The notes below the pieces were generated by a model. The model did not search any database. It worked only from the letters and a program-made list of their open reading frames with translations, and was not told the DNA's origin. A stretch of 62,755 nt of DNA, filler included, from Craspedostauros australis (lineage: Eukaryota): NCBI GenBank assembly GCA_030167865.1. It is 16 parts of 16 records of this genome, joined end to end, with 100 filler letters (N's around TTAATTAATTAA, not from the genome) between each part and the next. Parts side by side here need not be neighbours in the genome. Positions count along the whole stretch, not along the records: positions 57,396 to 62,755 come from JALAGF010005419.1; 15 more parts are not named here. One strand, given 5' to 3'. Made by a program: the position numbers and the translations under genes. Below, one piece after another: positions 59,863 to 62,755 of the stretch (positions are counted from its first letter, which is position 1; every line of letters begins with the position of its first letter).

Positions 59863-59982
59863 GAGAGGCCGGAGAAGTGCTTTTAAAAGCACCTGGTGCT
59901 TTTCAAAGCATTTTTGGGCCTCTCGGATCACCCGAAGTGCTTTCAAAAGCACCTCCGCTAGAGAAAGTGCCTTCAAAGGCAC
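59863..59982. repeat. Cluster of four 16-bp palindromes GTGCYTTNNAARGCAY; the first two are nested in a larger inverted repeat
   Basis: Copies at 59877, 59896, 59937 and 59967; outer arms GAGAGGCC / GGCCTCTC. Confidence 0.85.
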
Positions 59983-60392
59983 CAAAAAAATCACCATGGA
60001 TATGCTCTGATATTTTGCACGATAGTCGTAGATTGAGCCAGTGTGTCCGAATAGGGGTTGTACAATTATGCTGTATGGTATCATAGAGTATTATATTCAT
60101 GAGCTATTATGTTTCGCAACGCCTGCGTCGCCTTCCTTGATGTGCGATGTTCCTCCATGGACACCACCCTTCCGCCGCAATTGTATCCACATCGATGGGT
60201 GGATTGTTGAGCTCACTCTGCGGTGTCAGCCTCTCGTTCATCTCGTGGGAGCGACGATTTGGTCATGTACTCGTACGAACTGTGACATCGTAGGAACATC
60301 GAGGCGTGCTGGGCTGTACTGTGCCGTGGTTGGTTCGTTAGTATGTAAAAGTATATGTACATGGGTGGATGGCCACCACAAGCTTTGCTTGC

Positions 60393-61391
60393 CTACAACG
60401 ACCTTGGGGGGAACGTATGAAGGCCGTTGTTGTCATGTCGTCGCATCTTGAGGACCTTGCGTGATGGCATTTCAAATGCATCTTCATCGCAAAGTTCCCT
60501 GAGCTCAGGCAACGGCTGGCCTGGGATGTCGTGCTGCGGGAAGGAGGTTGCGGTGGTCGCGGACTTCGACATCGACAGCGACAGCGACGGAGCCGCGGGT
60601 AGCTGGGTCGGGGCACTCTCGCGAAGCTGGAGCTTCCACGTCTCGAGGAACTTGAGGTCGACGACTGTGCTGCGCTTGACCGGCGAGTACTGGGGGCGGT
60701 GCCTTCGGAATGGGTTGCCATCGAAGGCCTCCATCTCTGGCGAGTTGGGTAGCATGGGAGCGGGAAGTGCGAACGCGTCGTAGCTCTGGGTGCAGCGCAG
60801 ACGCTTGCGCGAACTGCCCGTGCTATCGTTGCTCGCGTCATCGTCGCTGGCCACGTGGCCGAAGGATCGGTCGCAGACGTCCTCCCGGGCAGCAAAACAG
60901 AAGCGGATGCGATCCTGCTCTGCGTAGGGTTGGAGGCATTTCTCGCGGCACATTTGCGGCGGCAAGATCTTGGGGGGTGTGACGCAGCTTGGTTTGCGCT
61001 TGCGCGCGACGATCGGTGTTTGCGGTGCGGGTGATGGCAGGTCGTTCAGGCTGAGGCGGCTGAGATCCAGTACCTGTTTCTCCAGGGAGGGAGTGGCAAA
61101 GCCATCGCCGCCAGCTGCGTTCACGTTCACATCGATGTCGGCGTTGTTGGTGTTTTCGTGGCGGCGCTTGCCATCACCGACGACGGTGCTGTAAGTCGTG
61201 GACGATGACGATGTTGTAGAGGCCGAAGCTGTGGCACGAGTTGACATTGGTGCTGGTGAAAGAAAAGATGGCGATGTTGGCTGTGTCATGGTGGCGGAAG
61301 GAGATTGTCGGGTCGAGCAGGTACTTGTGTCGCTGATAACGTTGCTGTTGGCAATCCTGGCGGTCGTCGTGCTCTTGCTCTTGCTTTGCAT
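60393..61391 (-). CDS. Hypothetical S/T/P-rich protein (332 aa), possible NLS (RKRK, RKRLR)
   Basis: Intact ATG-to-TAG ORF with plausible composition; no recognisable domain. Confidence 0.55.
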   Translation of the reverse strand: MQSKSKSTTTARIANSNVISDTSTCSTRQSPSATMTQPTSPSFLSPAPMSTRATASASTTSSSSTTYSTVVGDGKRRHENTNNADIDVNVNAAGGDGFATPSLEKQVLDLSRLSLNDLPSPAPQTPIVARKRKPSCVTPPKILPPQMCREKCLQPYAEQDRIRFCFAAREDVCDRSFGHVASDDDASNDSTGSSRKRLRCTQSYDAFALPAPMLPNSPEMEAFDGNPFRRHRPQYSPVKRSTVVDLKFLETWKLQLRESAPTQLPAAPSLSLSMSKSATTATSFPQHDIPGQPLPELRELCDEDAFEMPSRKVLKMRRHDNNGLHTFPPRSL

Positions 61392-62376
61392 GGATGTTGA
61401 TGCCAGCCGACGTTTCGTTTTTGTGTGATGGTTCTGTCTTGGCCTTGTGGTGTTTGCTCAAATTGTGGCCGTTCTGTGGACCAGGATGAACGTGGCTGGT
61501 TAGATATGTGCACAATACCTCAGGTGGACAGATTTCAGAGGTTCTTCCCATCACTGGGGTCTTTCCAGAATCGAGCCTGGCACGTATTTGGTGCTATTTT
61601 TGTAGTATATACCATCTGAAGTGAGCATGGTATTTAGACTTTTTCGAGCGCGGTTGTGTGGTTCCAAATCGTATGCTTCCTTCATGTTTGATTACGTGAA
61701 TAAACCAATGACCTCATTGTTGTCCGTGAAATAACGCCGATTCAACGTCAGAATGGACCCTGTCTAGTTCGTGGGCGCGAACGAAGCGCGCGTGTGGGGA
61801 AGAGAGAAGGTAGGTTGACTGGAGATTTGGGGTTGTGGGGGTTTGTTGGGGATGCCAATCACCGATTGGATGCCATGGTGAAGTTGTGTTGACTGAGTGT
61901 CGTCATCGTGATGCCGTTGATGCCGTTGATGCCATCTGTGTGGTTCCGCGTCGTCCTCACGTTCTCTCCGCTTACTTCAACGCATTGAAACCACGGCACA
62001 CATCAGGAGGCATCCGAGGGTGCGCTCAATACTGGTCTTTGGAGGGCATACTGGTATGGCGGTGCATGATATTCTATGTAATAGTGGGCATGCATCTCGT
62101 TTTCTTTTTTGGCCATCATCGCCCGCCCAAGGAGGCCGTTGTGGTCTGAAATTTCAAGCAGGGCGTGCGACCTCCCGAAACGAACTGAGGAAGAAGAAAA
62201 GTCGATGCGTGTGACGTAAATCAATGTTCGCAAGAACCATGTTTGTGAACATCTTACAGAATTGGCCATACTCAATCTCGGAAGGTGCCTTGCATCGTTT
62301 ACGGATACGTGTGCCAATCGTCTCTACATGATGACGCAGCGCATGTATGACCCCATTCAGGATAGAAACGTACGTT

Positions 62377-62755
62377 TTTGCGGATTTTTAAGATAAGCAC
62401 TTAGATCATCCTATTATGTTGCATAGAGTATATGAGTGAAGTTACAAGATCCTGGGCCTTATAGTTAAAAAGTTTATATTTTTCGCATTAGTCTACGACT
62501 AGAAACGTTGAGCATGCGGACGTTGAGAGGCACGTAGGGTTCGGAATCGCCAGTCGTGCTTCGGCTCGCTGTCCAGTCGTGTCCATCATCGGCGCTCTCG
62601 CATTTCGCACGGGTGAGACGGTTGGGTGCGAAGAAATGATGAGGATTGCGCAGTGGCGGCAGGCTTGCTGCGGCCGATGCTTCGTCTGGGCTGCCGATCA
62701 GGCATCGCAATCCAGAGTTGTGGGTTGGTGGGTAATCCAGATCTTGATGCCCAGC
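62377..62755 (-). repeat. Unclassified dispersed repeat, copy B
   Basis: Reverse-complement homolog of 50976-51721; runs off the window end. Confidence 0.85.

Overview
This is eukaryotic DNA, almost certainly a fragmented diatom (stramenopile) draft assembly. The evidence is diatom-type CoDi Copia elements, an ASAFAP-like plastid-targeting signal, type II LRR receptor-like proteins and GT-AG introns. The window is 16 unrelated small scaffolds joined by an artificial 44N-TTAATTAATTAA-44N linker. Many internal N gaps are flanked by duplicated overlaps, so gene order across linkers and reading frames across gaps mean nothing. About 40% of the window is Ty1/Copia LTR retrotransposon sequence from at least four families. 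Host genes are a Dispatched/Patched-type SSD transporter, two LRR receptor-like genes, an ankyrin protein, an ankyrin-BTB protein, a secreted Cys-rich/RGG-rich repeat protein, two disrupted genes (sulfotransferase-like, plastid saccharopine-dehydrogenase-like) and an unknown S/T/P-rich protein. MITE-like elements, minisatellites and palindromes are also present. Top candidates for new biology: (1) a CoDi-I Copia element combining an extended primer-binding site for the 5' half of tRNA-Lys(CUU), a UGA-CAA-UCA readthrough-type gag stop in an RNA stem, a chromodomain-like module and variable U3 regions; (2) a hypervariable, cassette-like LRR receptor family with Thr replacing the Asn ladder and a cytoplasmic (MQAD/N)n repeat; (3) a second Copia family with a palindromic hairpin where a tRNA primer site should be.
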